From an uncultured Gammaproteobacteria bacterium (GTDB lineage: Bacteria; Patescibacteriota; Microgenomatia; Daviesbacterales; UBA10151): DNA of 64,000 bases. This document shows positions 1 through 9,303 of the stretch, in pieces. The stretch covers positions 385-64,384 of the forward strand of contig CAZAZW010000002.1 of NCBI GenBank assembly GCA_964489875.1. The letters run 5' to 3'. A program made the position numbers and the translations under genes. Under the pieces are notes generated by a model. It had not been told where the DNA came from. It saw nothing but the letters and a program-made list of their open reading frames with translations, and ran no database searches. Within the stretch, counting starts at the first letter, position 1. Every line of letters starts with the position of its first letter.

Positions 1-1
1 T

Positions 2-940
2 ATCCTTTACTCTCTTGACCCGGATAAAATGAGAGTTAGCTTGATCCTTTTGGCCAGTTTGGCTGTTTTACCGCAGGCAGTTGCTTTTACTTTTGATTCC
101 GTATTTGTAGGTATTCAGAAATTGCAATTTTCTGCTATTTCACTTTTTGTTTCTGCTTTATCTACAGCCTTGGTGGGTTTGTACTTGGTAGGGAGAGGAT
201 TTGGCCCTTGGGGAGCGGTTAATGCTCTTATTGCTGGTCAGGTAGTATATGCCGCGGTACTGATTATTTTTTTGTTTAAACACCAAAGGTTGATTTTGTC
301 ACAGGTACGTTTAGCGGTTATTAAAGAGGTAGTGGTCGGGTCCTTACCTTACGGGTTGCTGGCTGTTTTAGGCCTTCTCTATTTTAGAATAGATGCAATT
401 TTACTTTCTTATATAAAGGGAAGTTTTGAGACAGGTATTTACGGGGCAGCTTACAGGTTTTTGGAGGCGGTAATCTTTATCCCATCAGCCTTTTCCCTGG
501 CACTATTTCCGGTATTATCCAGGGCGCATGATGCATCTTTGCAGGATGTTAAAAGACTCTATTTTAAATCATTTAAGATAATGCTGGTACTTAGTTTAGT
601 TGTTTTTTTAGGGTATGTCTTAATTTTACCAGAAGTTATTAAAGTAGTTTTGCCAAATTATTTATCATCGATTACGGCGATTAAGATTTTATCCTTATCA
701 ATTCCTTTTATGTTTATCCATGTCCCGGCTGTTTCAGTATTACTTTCAACTGATAAGTATTTAAAGCCGGTTTTAATTTTGTCAGTTTTAGCTTTAGCTT
801 TTAATATATTAGCCAACTTAATATTTATCCCAAGGTTTGGTTTTATAGCAGCTTCCTGGGTGACAGTTGCCTCAGAAGTATTATCTTTTACTATCTTTTT
901 TAAGCTGGTAAAGGTTAAAATATTGGATAAATCACAATGA
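2..940 (+). CDS. MOP/Wzx-like polysaccharide flippase, C-terminal part (5' end outside window)
   Basis: The frame is open from nt 2, with no stop before the listed ATG at 29. Polytopic hydrophobic protein; the GIYGAAYRFLEAV...FPVLSR segment resembles the Polysacc_synt_C region of MOP exporters. 4-nt overlap with the next gene. Confidence 0.6.
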   Translation: MLYSLDPDKMRVSLILLASLAVLPQAVAFTFDSVFVGIQKLQFSAISLFVSALSTALVGLYLVGRGFGPWGAVNALIAGQVVYAAVLIIFLFKHQRLILSQVRLAVIKEVVVGSLPYGLLAVLGLLYFRIDAILLSYIKGSFETGIYGAAYRFLEAVIFIPSAFSLALFPVLSRAHDASLQDVKRLYFKSFKIMLVLSLVVFLGYVLILPEVIKVVLPNYLSSITAIKILSLSIPFMFIHVPAVSVLLSTDKYLKPVLILSVLALAFNILANLIFIPRFGFIAASWVTVASEVLSFTIFFKLVKVKILDKSQ

Positions 941-1620
941 ATGTTTATGAGCAAACTTTTAAAAAATACGGACTTTCCCCTACCCAGCAAAAAATCCTCG
1001 AAATAGTCGGCAGAGGAAAAGAAGTTTTAGAAATCGGGTCGTCCACCGGTTATATGACCAGGGCTTTCTTAGAAAACGGTTGTATTGTTGATGCAGTGGA
1101 ATTTAATCAAAAAGCAGTAGTTAAATTACCAAAAGCTGTTAGGAAAGTGTTAAATGCTTCGATAGAAGATGAGGGGATTTATCCCAAATTAGGAAACTAT
1201 GATTTTATAGTAATGGCAGATGTGCTGGAGCATTTGGTAGACCCTGAGAAGGTATTGAAAGAGCTGGCAAGGACAGCCTCCTCCGGTACTAAGTTGTTAA
1301 TTTCGCTTCCTAATGTTGCCAGCTGGACTATGAGAAAGCAATTATTTTTTAAAGGTGATTTTGAATATCAAGATAGCGGCCTATTAGATAAAACCCATCT
1401 GCATTTTTATACAGTCAAAACTTTGCCAAAAATGCTTTCGGAAACTGGGTGGAAAACTGAAAAAGTCATAGGGACAATTACCCGCTTACCTTTTGAGGGG
1501 TTGGTCGGTAAAATTCCGGTAGTGGGATGGATTTTCAAAAAGACGCTATATCGAAAATTGGTTAATCGATATAAGAATTTGGCTTATTACCATTTTTTAG
1601 TAATTTTTTCTAAAAGATGA
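937..1620 (+). CDS. class I SAM-dependent methyltransferase
   Basis: Motif I VLEIGSSTGYMT and the post-I/II pattern DFIVMADVLEHL. Translationally coupled on both sides (ATGA overlaps). Confidence 0.8.
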   Translation: MNVYEQTFKKYGLSPTQQKILEIVGRGKEVLEIGSSTGYMTRAFLENGCIVDAVEFNQKAVVKLPKAVRKVLNASIEDEGIYPKLGNYDFIVMADVLEHLVDPEKVLKELARTASSGTKLLISLPNVASWTMRKQLFFKGDFEYQDSGLLDKTHLHFYTVKTLPKMLSETGWKTEKVIGTITRLPFEGLVGKIPVVGWIFKKTLYRKLVNRYKNLAYYHFLVIFSKR

Positions 1621-2597
1621 AAAAATTAATTGCCTCAGTGATTATTCCTAATTGGAACGGAAGTAAATTATTGGGAGATTGTTTAAAGTCGTTAAGCAAA
1701 CAAACTTTTAAAGATTTTGAAATTACCTTAGTTGATAATGGTTCTACAGATGATTCACTGAAATATGTTAAAAATAATTTTCCGGAGGTTAGAACAATAG
1801 CTTTACAAAAAAACTTTGGTTTTTCCAAGGCAATAAATGAGGGGGTCAAAGTAACGAAAGCAGAGTATGTAGTTTTTCTAAACAATGATACCGGTGTTGA
1901 TAAAAATTTCCTGAGAAGCTTAATCCGGTGTGTCGATTCACACCCCGAAGTAATCTCTGTTAATTCTAAATTATTAAGTTTTTATGATAAAGAAATTATT
2001 GACGGAGTGGGAATTTTAATAAATGAGGTAGGGCAGGCCAGGTCAATTGGTTGGCAGGAAAAAGATAAAGGACAGTTTAACAGTGAGCAATATATTTTTG
2101 GAGCAACAGGCGGGGCGTCACTTTTTAGAAGAGATGATTTTATAAAAGTGGGTCTCTTTGATAAAAAATATTTTATGTACTCCGAGGAGGTTGATTTTAG
2201 TTTTAGGGCGCAGTTTTTAGGGTATAGATCAATTTTTTGTCCTGAGGCAATTGTTTATCACAAACATAAAGCTACATCTAAAAAATTACCTGCATATATT
2301 GAATATTGGCAATTTAGAAATATGACTCAAACAATAATTAAGGATTTTCCTGCCGGTATTTTATTTAAAAGATGGCGGTGGTTAAAAATTATTTTAGTTC
2401 ATTTAAATACTTATTTTTACCAAATAAAAAGCGGATTTTGGTGGGCTCCTTTTTTGGCGGACCTTTGGATTTTATTTCACCTGCCAGAACTCCTTTTTGC
2501 AAGAAAAAGGATTCAATCTGGCAGGAAAGTAAGCGATGAATATATAGAAAGTTTTATGAAAAAGAAGGAAATTACTTTTTGGGGTTTACGGAGATAA
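1617..2597 (+). CDS. family 2 glycosyltransferase
   Basis: N-terminus SVIIPNWNG...ITLVDNGSTDDS and a later YSEEVDF acidic motif, typical of GT2 (GT-A fold). Confidence 0.85.
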   Translation: MKKLIASVIIPNWNGSKLLGDCLKSLSKQTFKDFEITLVDNGSTDDSLKYVKNNFPEVRTIALQKNFGFSKAINEGVKVTKAEYVVFLNNDTGVDKNFLRSLIRCVDSHPEVISVNSKLLSFYDKEIIDGVGILINEVGQARSIGWQEKDKGQFNSEQYIFGATGGASLFRRDDFIKVGLFDKKYFMYSEEVDFSFRAQFLGYRSIFCPEAIVYHKHKATSKKLPAYIEYWQFRNMTQTIIKDFPAGILFKRWRWLKIILVHLNTYFYQIKSGFWWAPFLADLWILFHLPELLFARKRIQSGRKVSDEYIESFMKKKEITFWGLRR

Positions 2598-3720
2598 GCA
2601 GTAGCCAAGCAAGGATCGGCGGATAAAAAAGGCTATTTGCAAAAAGGGAGTGTAGTAGTAATCCTGCAACTCCGGCAGTTAGAATAAAATTTCCGTTATA
2701 AGGCTTGAGGAGAATCCATAGAAAATAAAGGTAAGCTAGCAGGCCTAAGATGCCAGTTGTTGATGCTACAAATAAGAGAGAAGAATCATTGCTTGATGAC
2801 CCGTGACTTTGTAAAAACTGTTCGTCGCCCAAATTATAATCTTTTAGAGAATATCTGTAGCTATTAAATCCTACCCCCAGAAATGGATGAGACTGAAAAA
2901 GTGTTAAACCTTGTTGCCAAGTATTTAAACGGAAAGATGCTGACTGTGTGCGATCTATATTACGTGGTTCGGAAACCAAGTTAGTATAAATTTGGAATCC
3001 TGCCAAAAGGACAATAAAAAGTATAATGGTGGCCAAAGCAAATATCCTAGATTTTTTAAGATAAGAAAAAGTAAGTCCACTTACCAGAAACATTAAGTAG
3101 CTGGATCTGGAAAAGGTAGTTAGAAGAGCTAAGAAAATCAAAGCAATAATCAATCCAGATTGCCACGTGATTTGCGTTCCTCGAAGTGGCATAAACAAAA
3201 TTAGAGATAAAACAAGAAATGCGCCGGCGAAATTAGGGTCCAGAAAAGTTGAAACAGTTCTAAAATAGTGAGGATCCCAACCGCTTAAGTTCAAAAAACT
3301 CAAGTTAGGGAAGAATATAAATTGCAAAAGTCCCAAAATTGCAAATGAAATTCCGGAAAGCAAAAAGACTTTATTTAAATTTTCCCTTAAATTTCCGAAT
3401 GTATTGGAAAAAGCAAGCCAGGCAAAAAACACATAAAGAAAAAATCTTACTGTGTAGGAAAAACTTATGAAATATTCCTCCTTAGTTAAATTGAGGGGTG
3501 TAAAAATCAAAGAGATAGTCGCTAGACTTAAAAAAATCAGGGCGGCGAAAATTTGCCGGGGTGTTTTTTTGAGATTTAATTTAAGCCGTAAAATTCCACT
3601 CAAACAGAAAAGTGAAATGGTTATATCTAAAATAGTAATACCTCCTATTCCAACGGGTATCCTGATTAATTGACCGGCTGTGACAGCAAATGCTAGAATC
3701 GAGATCAAAGATAAAGTCAT
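2572..3720 (-). CDS. O-antigen ligase/polymerase family (Wzy_C-like) membrane protein
   Basis: About 10 TM helices. TFSRSSYLMFLVSG motif and a large loop with HPFLGVGFNSY...SHGSSSND, as in Wzy_C proteins. Confidence 0.65.
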   Translation of the reverse strand: MTLSLISILAFAVTAGQLIRIPVGIGGITILDITISLFCLSGILRLKLNLKKTPRQIFAALIFLSLATISLIFTPLNLTKEEYFISFSYTVRFFLYVFFAWLAFSNTFGNLRENLNKVFLLSGISFAILGLLQFIFFPNLSFLNLSGWDPHYFRTVSTFLDPNFAGAFLVLSLILFMPLRGTQITWQSGLIIALIFLALLTTFSRSSYLMFLVSGLTFSYLKKSRIFALATIILFIVLLAGFQIYTNLVSEPRNIDRTQSASFRLNTWQQGLTLFQSHPFLGVGFNSYRYSLKDYNLGDEQFLQSHGSSSNDSSLLFVASTTGILGLLAYLYFLWILLKPYNGNFILTAGVAGLLLHSLFANSLFYPPILAWLLLISVNPKK

Positions 3721-3722
3721 TG

Positions 3723-4784
3723 ATGAAATTATATTCTAATATTACCTATATTTTCATTATTTGGTTAGGGGTAGTTTCCTTAAGTTTTTATTTAGGTTTT
3801 TCCACTTTACCACACTCCGGAAAATTTACTAACGATTTTTTTGGGAGTTTGTCTAACTGGGACGGCGGGCATTACTTGGGAATTGCAGAATTGGGTTACA
3901 GTGAAAAATTCCAGTATGCCTTTTTTCCGCTTTATCCGCTGACAGTTAGACTAGTAAGTCAAGTAACCGGAAATTATTTAGTAGCGGCAATTTTAATAAG
4001 TATGGTATCAACTTTTTTCAGTCTACATCTTTTATATAAATTAATAGTAACGGATTTTAACAGAAAAATTGCTGAAAAGGTAATCCTAGTCTTTTTATTT
4101 TTTCCGACATCTTTTTTCTTATTAACAGCTTATTCCGAGGGGTTGTTTTTTCTTTTAATCATTGCCGCATTCTACTTCTTAAGACAAAATAAATTATTTT
4201 GGGCTACAGCCGCTCTAGCTTTGGTTTCTGCCACCAGATTAGTTGGTTTGGCCGCAGTTGCGGCTTTTTGGATAGATCTTCTAACCAGGCAGGGACTAAA
4301 TCGAAAAAACTGGTTTATTCTACTCGCACCTTTGGGGTTTGTCCTTTATTCTATATTTTTGTATCAACAAACAGGCGATCCGTTTTACTTCATTACTGCT
4401 GAAAACCATTGGCAGAGGACGTTGTCTACTCCAGGAGTGGGATTTTGGGAAGCTTTAAAAAATATTTCCGGCGGTGGACTTTCGGCAGAAAACTTTAATA
4501 TTTTCTTAGACTTAATTTTTGCCATATTTGGGGCAGGATTTGCTATCAGGGCTTTTAGATTTTTACCAACATCCTATGCCGTTTATAGTTTACTTTCAGT
4601 CAGTATCCCGCTTTTTACACCTACCCTTACCTCCATCCCGAGATTTCTACTTCCAGTATTTCCAATTTTTATTTTAGTAGCGTTAGTTAAAAATCGCTAT
4701 GTCAACCTTTTCTTTCAGGTGGTTTCTATTGCAATACTTACTATCTTCACTGCACTTTTCATGGCTGGTTATTGGGTTTCTTGA
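3723..4784 (+). CDS. polytopic GT-C-type glycosyl/mannosyltransferase-like membrane protein (PIG-V/DUF2029-like)
   Basis: At least 9 TM helices and a WDGGHYLGIAELGY first-loop motif. I prefer ATG 3723 (MKLYSN...) to the listed 3690, which overlaps the divergent gene by 31 nt. Confidence 0.5.
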   Translation: MKLYSNITYIFIIWLGVVSLSFYLGFSTLPHSGKFTNDFFGSLSNWDGGHYLGIAELGYSEKFQYAFFPLYPLTVRLVSQVTGNYLVAAILISMVSTFFSLHLLYKLIVTDFNRKIAEKVILVFLFFPTSFFLLTAYSEGLFFLLIIAAFYFLRQNKLFWATAALALVSATRLVGLAAVAAFWIDLLTRQGLNRKNWFILLAPLGFVLYSIFLYQQTGDPFYFITAENHWQRTLSTPGVGFWEALKNISGGGLSAENFNIFLDLIFAIFGAGFAIRAFRFLPTSYAVYSLLSVSIPLFTPTLTSIPRFLLPVFPIFILVALVKNRYVNLFFQVVSIAILTIFTALFMAGYWVS

Positions 4785-4789
4785 TAATT

Positions 4790-5521
4790 TTATGGTTGAA
4801 AAATTACTTTTCTCTCTAGCTCAGTAATGTTTGAGGCGCTGTCCATCGCCTTTATAGAAATAGTATTATCACCTTCGTTTAATGATTGATCAGCGCTGAA
4901 ATTACCATCCTTATCCACTATTACTTGTGTGCCGCTAATGAAAACTTTTACAGCGGGTTCTGTATTACCTGAAACCCGGACTTTTCTGTCACCACCCTGT
5001 ACTACCTTACCGTCTTCCGGTTCGCTAACACTAAGCGGTGGTTTTTCATTATCAAATATAATCTTGATAGTCTTGGAGGGTAAACTTTCTTTGCCACTCT
5101 CATCTACAGTTTTACCGTAAAGATTATTAGTACCTAGATTTAAAGTTATATTTTCAAAGGTAAAACTGCCATCTTCGCTGGAAGTGATTGTGTCTTTGGC
5201 TTCATCATCTATATACAATGTAACTTTCGAGTTGGGGGTACTAAAGCCATTAATATTAACTTGAGCAGTATTAGTGGCTTCGTAAGTGATATTTAAAACA
5301 GGTGGTGCCAGAGTTAAATTATCTGAAGCTTGAGTAAAATTTTTTTGGGGAGGTGTAGTAATGTTTTTAACAAACCCCAATCCGCCTATAAAATTGGGTA
5401 GGATCCAGGTAATACTGGCATAAAGTAGAATACCTATCACTATCAGGGTAACGATAAAATTTTTTTGACTCCGGCGTGCCAACCTTTTAACTGATCTTCT
5501 GGAATGATACCTGTATGCCAT
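4790..5521 (-). CDS. membrane-anchored protein with Ig-like beta domains
   Basis: The listed ORF 4790..5776 runs antisense through two tRNA genes. The first ATG beyond them is 5521 (MAYRYHSRRSVKRLARR). That start gives a basic N-terminus, one TM helix and two beta-rich Ig-like segments (TLYIDDEAKDTITSSEDGSFTF; VSGNTEPAVKVFISG...DGNFS). Confidence 0.6.
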   Translation of the reverse strand: MAYRYHSRRSVKRLARRSQKNFIVTLIVIGILLYASITWILPNFIGGLGFVKNITTPPQKNFTQASDNLTLAPPVLNITYEATNTAQVNINGFSTPNSKVTLYIDDEAKDTITSSEDGSFTFENITLNLGTNNLYGKTVDESGKESLPSKTIKIIFDNEKPPLSVSEPEDGKVVQGGDRKVRVSGNTEPAVKVFISGTQVIVDKDGNFSADQSLNEGDNTISIKAMDSASNITELERKVIFQP

Positions 5522-5563
5522 GAGTTTCAAGTATACCAAAATCTGGTAAAATATGAAGGGTTT

Positions 5564-5638
5564 GCGGTGGTAGTTCAGTGGTAGAATGTCTCCTTCCCAA
5601 GGAGAAGGTCGGGGGTTCGAGTCCCCTCCACCGCTCCA
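5564..5638 (+). tRNA. tRNA-Gly (anticodon CCC), CCA encoded
   Basis: Hand-folded cloverleaf: acceptor GCGGTGG/CCACCGC, anticodon stem TCTCC/GGAGA with loop TTCCCAA, T-loop TTCGAGT. Confidence 0.9.
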
Positions 5639-5700
5639 GCCGAAGTGGCTCAGTGGTAAGCAAAGCTTGCCACTTCGCAATAGATAATTATTGGTAACAA
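5639..5700 (+). pseudogene. half-tRNA: duplicated 5' part of tRNA-Thr followed by a sequence that folds back on it
   Basis: 5639-5662 equals the first 24 nt of the tRNA-Thr at 5701 apart from a 1-nt deletion. 5641-5649 (cgaagtggc) is perfectly complementary to 5669-5677 (gccacttcg). No anticodon or T arm is present. Confidence 0.6.
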
Positions 5701-5775
5701 GCCGAAGTGGCTCAGTGGTAGAGCAGTGCTTTCGTAAAGCACGGGTCGTGGGTTCGATTCCCACCTTCGGCTCCA
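5701..5775 (+). tRNA. tRNA-Thr (anticodon CGU), CCA encoded
   Basis: Acceptor GCCGAAG/CTTCGGC, anticodon stem GTGCT/AGCAC with loop TTCGTAA, T-loop TTCGATT. Confidence 0.9.
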
Positions 5776-5823
5776 AAATCCATAGTCGTTTAACACCTCG
5801 TTTATTTGTGCTACCATGAGCTC

Positions 5824-7647
5824 ATGAGATTTAAGTTTAATTATCTGGAAAAAATCGGCAGGTTTAAACAAGTAGCAGCAACTTCTATCAGGTTACTGGG
5901 GCTTTTGTGGTCGATTGATAAATGGTTACTTTTGGCCAATGCTCTGGCTGTAGTTGTTCCGGCACTAGTTCCATTTGCTTTTGCTTATATTTTTAAGCAG
6001 GTAATTGATCTGGTAGTTTTATCAGTTTCTGCCGGTACTGTAGATTTTAATCGATTTATCATACTTTTTGCAGCCGGTTTTGCAATTTATACGATCCAAT
6101 CCATGGCTTTTTCAGCCCAGGACTATTTTCATAGATTGTTATATACCAAAATTCCAGTTTCCCTTTACCAGATAGTTTTATCCAAAGTATCAAGCCTGGA
6201 TATAGCTTATTTTGAGGATAGTGAGTTTAAAAATACCTTAGAAAAAGTCAAAGATGCATATATCTGGCGACCGCTTAATTTAATGGAATATTTGCTTTTT
6301 GGTTTTCAAAGCCTAATACAAGTGTTGGCTGCCGTATTTCTTCTGGCTACCCTGGCTCCGATATTAATAGTAATTATTATGATTGTGGCCATACCGGAGT
6401 TAATAAGCCGTATCAAGGAATCTGAAATGTCCTGGGGGATTTGGGATGCCAAAAGCCCTCATAGAAAAAAATTTTGGTATGTATCCAGTTTACTGCAGGA
6501 AAGAGATTCTGTTAAAGAAATGAAACTGTTTGGGCTGCCGCGCAGGTTTTTATCAGAAATTAAGGGAATACAGGAAGGTATATACCAAGACAATAAGAAG
6601 CTGGCTACCAAATATCTGGGGATAAACTCTATATTTAATGTTTTAGGCGGAATGACTTTTATTGCTGTTTTGCTGTTTATTGTCCTTGAGGCGGTGGCTA
6701 GAAGAATTACGGTGGGAGACATCAGTTACTACACAACAGTGATAACTAATTTGCAAAGCGGAGTTGGTGGACTTTTTAGGAACCTAGTCCGAATTTTTAG
6801 TGAAAGTTTATATACATCTTCCATATTTGAAGTTTTAGATGCTTCCTCTAAACTAAAACATCAGGATGCTCCGCAAAAAATTAATCTCAAAAAACCTCCA
6901 ATAATTGAGTTTAAAAACGTTTCTTTCGCTTATCCGGGAAATGCAAAAAGAGTGCTTAAAGATTTTAATTTAACTATTAACCCGGCTGAGAAAATAGCAT
7001 TGGTGGGGGAAAACGGATCCGGTAAAACAACTATTATTAAGCTCCTTTGCAGATTTTATGATGTAAATCAGGGGGAGATTTTAATTAACGGAATAAATAT
7101 TAAAGATCTTGATCTGAATGAGTGGTATAAAGCATTAGGGGTGCTTTTCCAGGATTTTGTCAGGTATGAATATAAAGCAAAAGAAAATATCCATTTTGGC
7201 AAAATTGAAGAAAAAGAGGAATTGGAGAAAATTATTGAAGCAGCCATTTCTTCTGGGGCAGATCCGATGATCAAAAGATTGGAGAAAGGTTATGAGCAAA
7301 TGTTGGGAAGAACATTTGAAGGTGGGGTAGAATTATCGGTTGGTCAATGGCAAAAGATTGCACTTGCAAGAGGATTTTTTAGAAATTCTCCCATATTAAT
7401 TTTGGATGAGCCAACTGCGGCTATTGATGCAAAAGCTGAGACAGAAATATTTAACAGGGTAGAAAAATTATCCAAAAATAAAACGGTCATTATTATTTCC
7501 CACCGGTTTTCTACAGTCAGGAATGCAGATAAAATTTATGTGATTGATAGTGGAAAGATTATAGAATCCGGCAGCCACAATGAGTTAATGAAAGAGGATG
7601 GTCAGTATGCAACCTTATTTAATTTGCAGGCAAAAGGGTATAAATAA
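5824..7647 (+). CDS. ABC exporter, fused permease/ATPase (MsbA/MdlB-like)
   Basis: Six-helix TMD followed by an NBD with Walker A GENGSGKTT, signature LSVGQWQ and Walker B ILILDEPT. The start may be 5824 (MRFKF) or the listed 5806. Confidence 0.85.
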   Translation: MRFKFNYLEKIGRFKQVAATSIRLLGLLWSIDKWLLLANALAVVVPALVPFAFAYIFKQVIDLVVLSVSAGTVDFNRFIILFAAGFAIYTIQSMAFSAQDYFHRLLYTKIPVSLYQIVLSKVSSLDIAYFEDSEFKNTLEKVKDAYIWRPLNLMEYLLFGFQSLIQVLAAVFLLATLAPILIVIIMIVAIPELISRIKESEMSWGIWDAKSPHRKKFWYVSSLLQERDSVKEMKLFGLPRRFLSEIKGIQEGIYQDNKKLATKYLGINSIFNVLGGMTFIAVLLFIVLEAVARRITVGDISYYTTVITNLQSGVGGLFRNLVRIFSESLYTSSIFEVLDASSKLKHQDAPQKINLKKPPIIEFKNVSFAYPGNAKRVLKDFNLTINPAEKIALVGENGSGKTTIIKLLCRFYDVNQGEILINGINIKDLDLNEWYKALGVLFQDFVRYEYKAKENIHFGKIEEKEELEKIIEAAISSGADPMIKRLEKGYEQMLGRTFEGGVELSVGQWQKIALARGFFRNSPILILDEPTAAIDAKAETEIFNRVEKLSKNKTVIIISHRFSTVRNADKIYVIDSGKIIESGSHNELMKEDGQYATLFNLQAKGYK

Positions 7648-7678
7648 ATACTAGGTACTGAAAAGGTTGAAAACTAGG

Positions 7679-9286
7679 TTATTTATTGGCTTCAGCTAGT
7701 CCTTGGGTGGCTATTTGATTATTAGGATCAATGCTTAAAATAGCAGTAAAAATCTCTTTTGCCTGATCTTTTTCTCCCATTATCAGGTAAACAACACCAA
7801 GATTAGCTCTTAAATTAAGATTCTTGGGATTAACAGAAATGGCTTTTTGCATATTTTGTATAGCCAGGTCATAATTTTTCTGATTAAAATAAATAGCAGC
7901 AATATTTTGATAAGATTGCCAAAGGCTGGGGTTAAATTTGAGGGCATTTTGATAATTTTCCAGGGCTTTATCCGGTTGATTTAATTCCATATAAGTATTG
8001 GCTAAATTATGGTAAGCATCTCCGTAGTTGGGTTTTAGTTCAATTGCCCGTTGGAATTCCCGCAGAGCTGCTTGTTTGTCTCCCAGTCGGCCATATACGT
8101 CTCCCAGATTATTGTGGGCATTAGGAGAAGAAGGGGAAGTTTTTCCTGTTGCTATCCACAAATTATTTTCATTTTTCCAGTCAATATTCCTGACTATAGT
8201 TCTAACTGATAATAAAATAACTATGATGGTAAGTGTTATAAAACCCACCTGTCTAAATTTGGAAGAACTGGTAATTTTTTCAAACCCCAGACCCAGTAGT
8301 ACCAGAATTCCGATTATCGGAAGATACAGATACCGCTCAGCCACAATCCAGTTTAATCTAAAAGGGGTGAGTGTTGGGGCCAGGGCGATCAGGAAAAACG
8401 AACCCCAGAAAAATATGGATTTGTTTTTTTTAAAACTTATTATAATTCCTACTAAAAAGGCCAGTGTAATAAGGGCTTTGATTGTAAATTCGATTGGGCC
8501 AAATGCTAATTCTGAATGGTATAGCGTGAGGATCCTGGGAAAAAAGGTGAGTTCTAAATAAGAGGTGAGGGCAATTGGAATTAATAGGAATGGATTATCA
8601 ATTCCCCCTTGTTGGTAATGCGTAGACTGCAGTGTAGTTTCGCGTTCCGGTAACCCGCCTAAAGAAACCAAAACATACATTATTAACAGCAGGACAAAGG
8701 GGATGGTTTTGGACCAATTTTTCCTTAGATTACCAAAGACAAGTTCATAAAGGGGAAAGATCAGGAAAAGTGCCAAAGGCATCTGCGGGTGGGACATAAA
8801 TGCCAGCAAGAAGCTAATGATGGAGAGAAAGTAATATTTTTTCCGGTTTTTTGAGAAAACATATAAAACAAATGACAGCAAGAAAAAGAAAGTATACTGG
8901 GCATACATTCCACCGGAAATCCAAACTACAGCCTCGGAGATCGCCGGATGAATGGCAAATATTCCGGCTACAAAAAGAGCTAATTTTTTAGAGTACAAGC
9001 GACTTAGGAGAATATAGATCAAAAATACGGAACCTGTATGGAAAAAAATATTAATGAGCCTAAAAACAAAAGGATTTAATCCGTCTATATGAAAGGCAAG
9101 CCAATATAAAAACAGCCGGATAAAGCCAAAAGGGCGGGTCAGGAGATTACTTAGATTGCCAATGTTGGGGTTTTGGACGATTTCGGCAAGATCGTCAGAT
9201 AAAAAAGCATTATTTAAGGAATTACCATATATCAAAAGTATTAAAGTGGAAAAAAGTAGAAGTATGGGCCAGTGTTTTTTGATCAC
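7679..9286 (-). CDS. GT-C (PMT_2-like) membrane glycosyltransferase fused to C-terminal TPR repeats
   Basis: Polytopic ~380-aa N-terminal domain with an early acidic loop FLSDDLAE. The C-terminus carries 4-5 TPR units (AHNNLGDVYGRLGDKQAALREFQRAIELKPNYGDAYHNLANTY...). Confidence 0.7.
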   Translation of the reverse strand: MIKKHWPILLLFSTLILLIYGNSLNNAFLSDDLAEIVQNPNIGNLSNLLTRPFGFIRLFLYWLAFHIDGLNPFVFRLINIFFHTGSVFLIYILLSRLYSKKLALFVAGIFAIHPAISEAVVWISGGMYAQYTFFFLLSFVLYVFSKNRKKYYFLSIISFLLAFMSHPQMPLALFLIFPLYELVFGNLRKNWSKTIPFVLLLIMYVLVSLGGLPERETTLQSTHYQQGGIDNPFLLIPIALTSYLELTFFPRILTLYHSELAFGPIEFTIKALITLAFLVGIIISFKKNKSIFFWGSFFLIALAPTLTPFRLNWIVAERYLYLPIIGILVLLGLGFEKITSSSKFRQVGFITLTIIVILLSVRTIVRNIDWKNENNLWIATGKTSPSSPNAHNNLGDVYGRLGDKQAALREFQRAIELKPNYGDAYHNLANTYMELNQPDKALENYQNALKFNPSLWQSYQNIAAIYFNQKNYDLAIQNMQKAISVNPKNLNLRANLGVVYLIMGEKDQAKEIFTAILSIDPNNQIATQGLAEANK

Positions 9287-9303
9287 TTAGAAATTATACA
9301 AGA

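Noticed and set aside
5522-5871. N-terminal extension of ORF 4790-5776, ORF 5650-5871, and similarly ORF 10021-10248.
   Set aside because: These stretches are antisense or overlapping translations of the tRNA-Gly, tRNA-Thr and tRNA-Asp genes. Peptides like GIEPTT and GFESNP are the usual tRNA T-arm artefacts.
8028-8561. 177-aa plus-strand ORF.
   Set aside because: It is antisense to the GT-C/TPR gene, whose TPR repeats and TM helices are clear in this interval.
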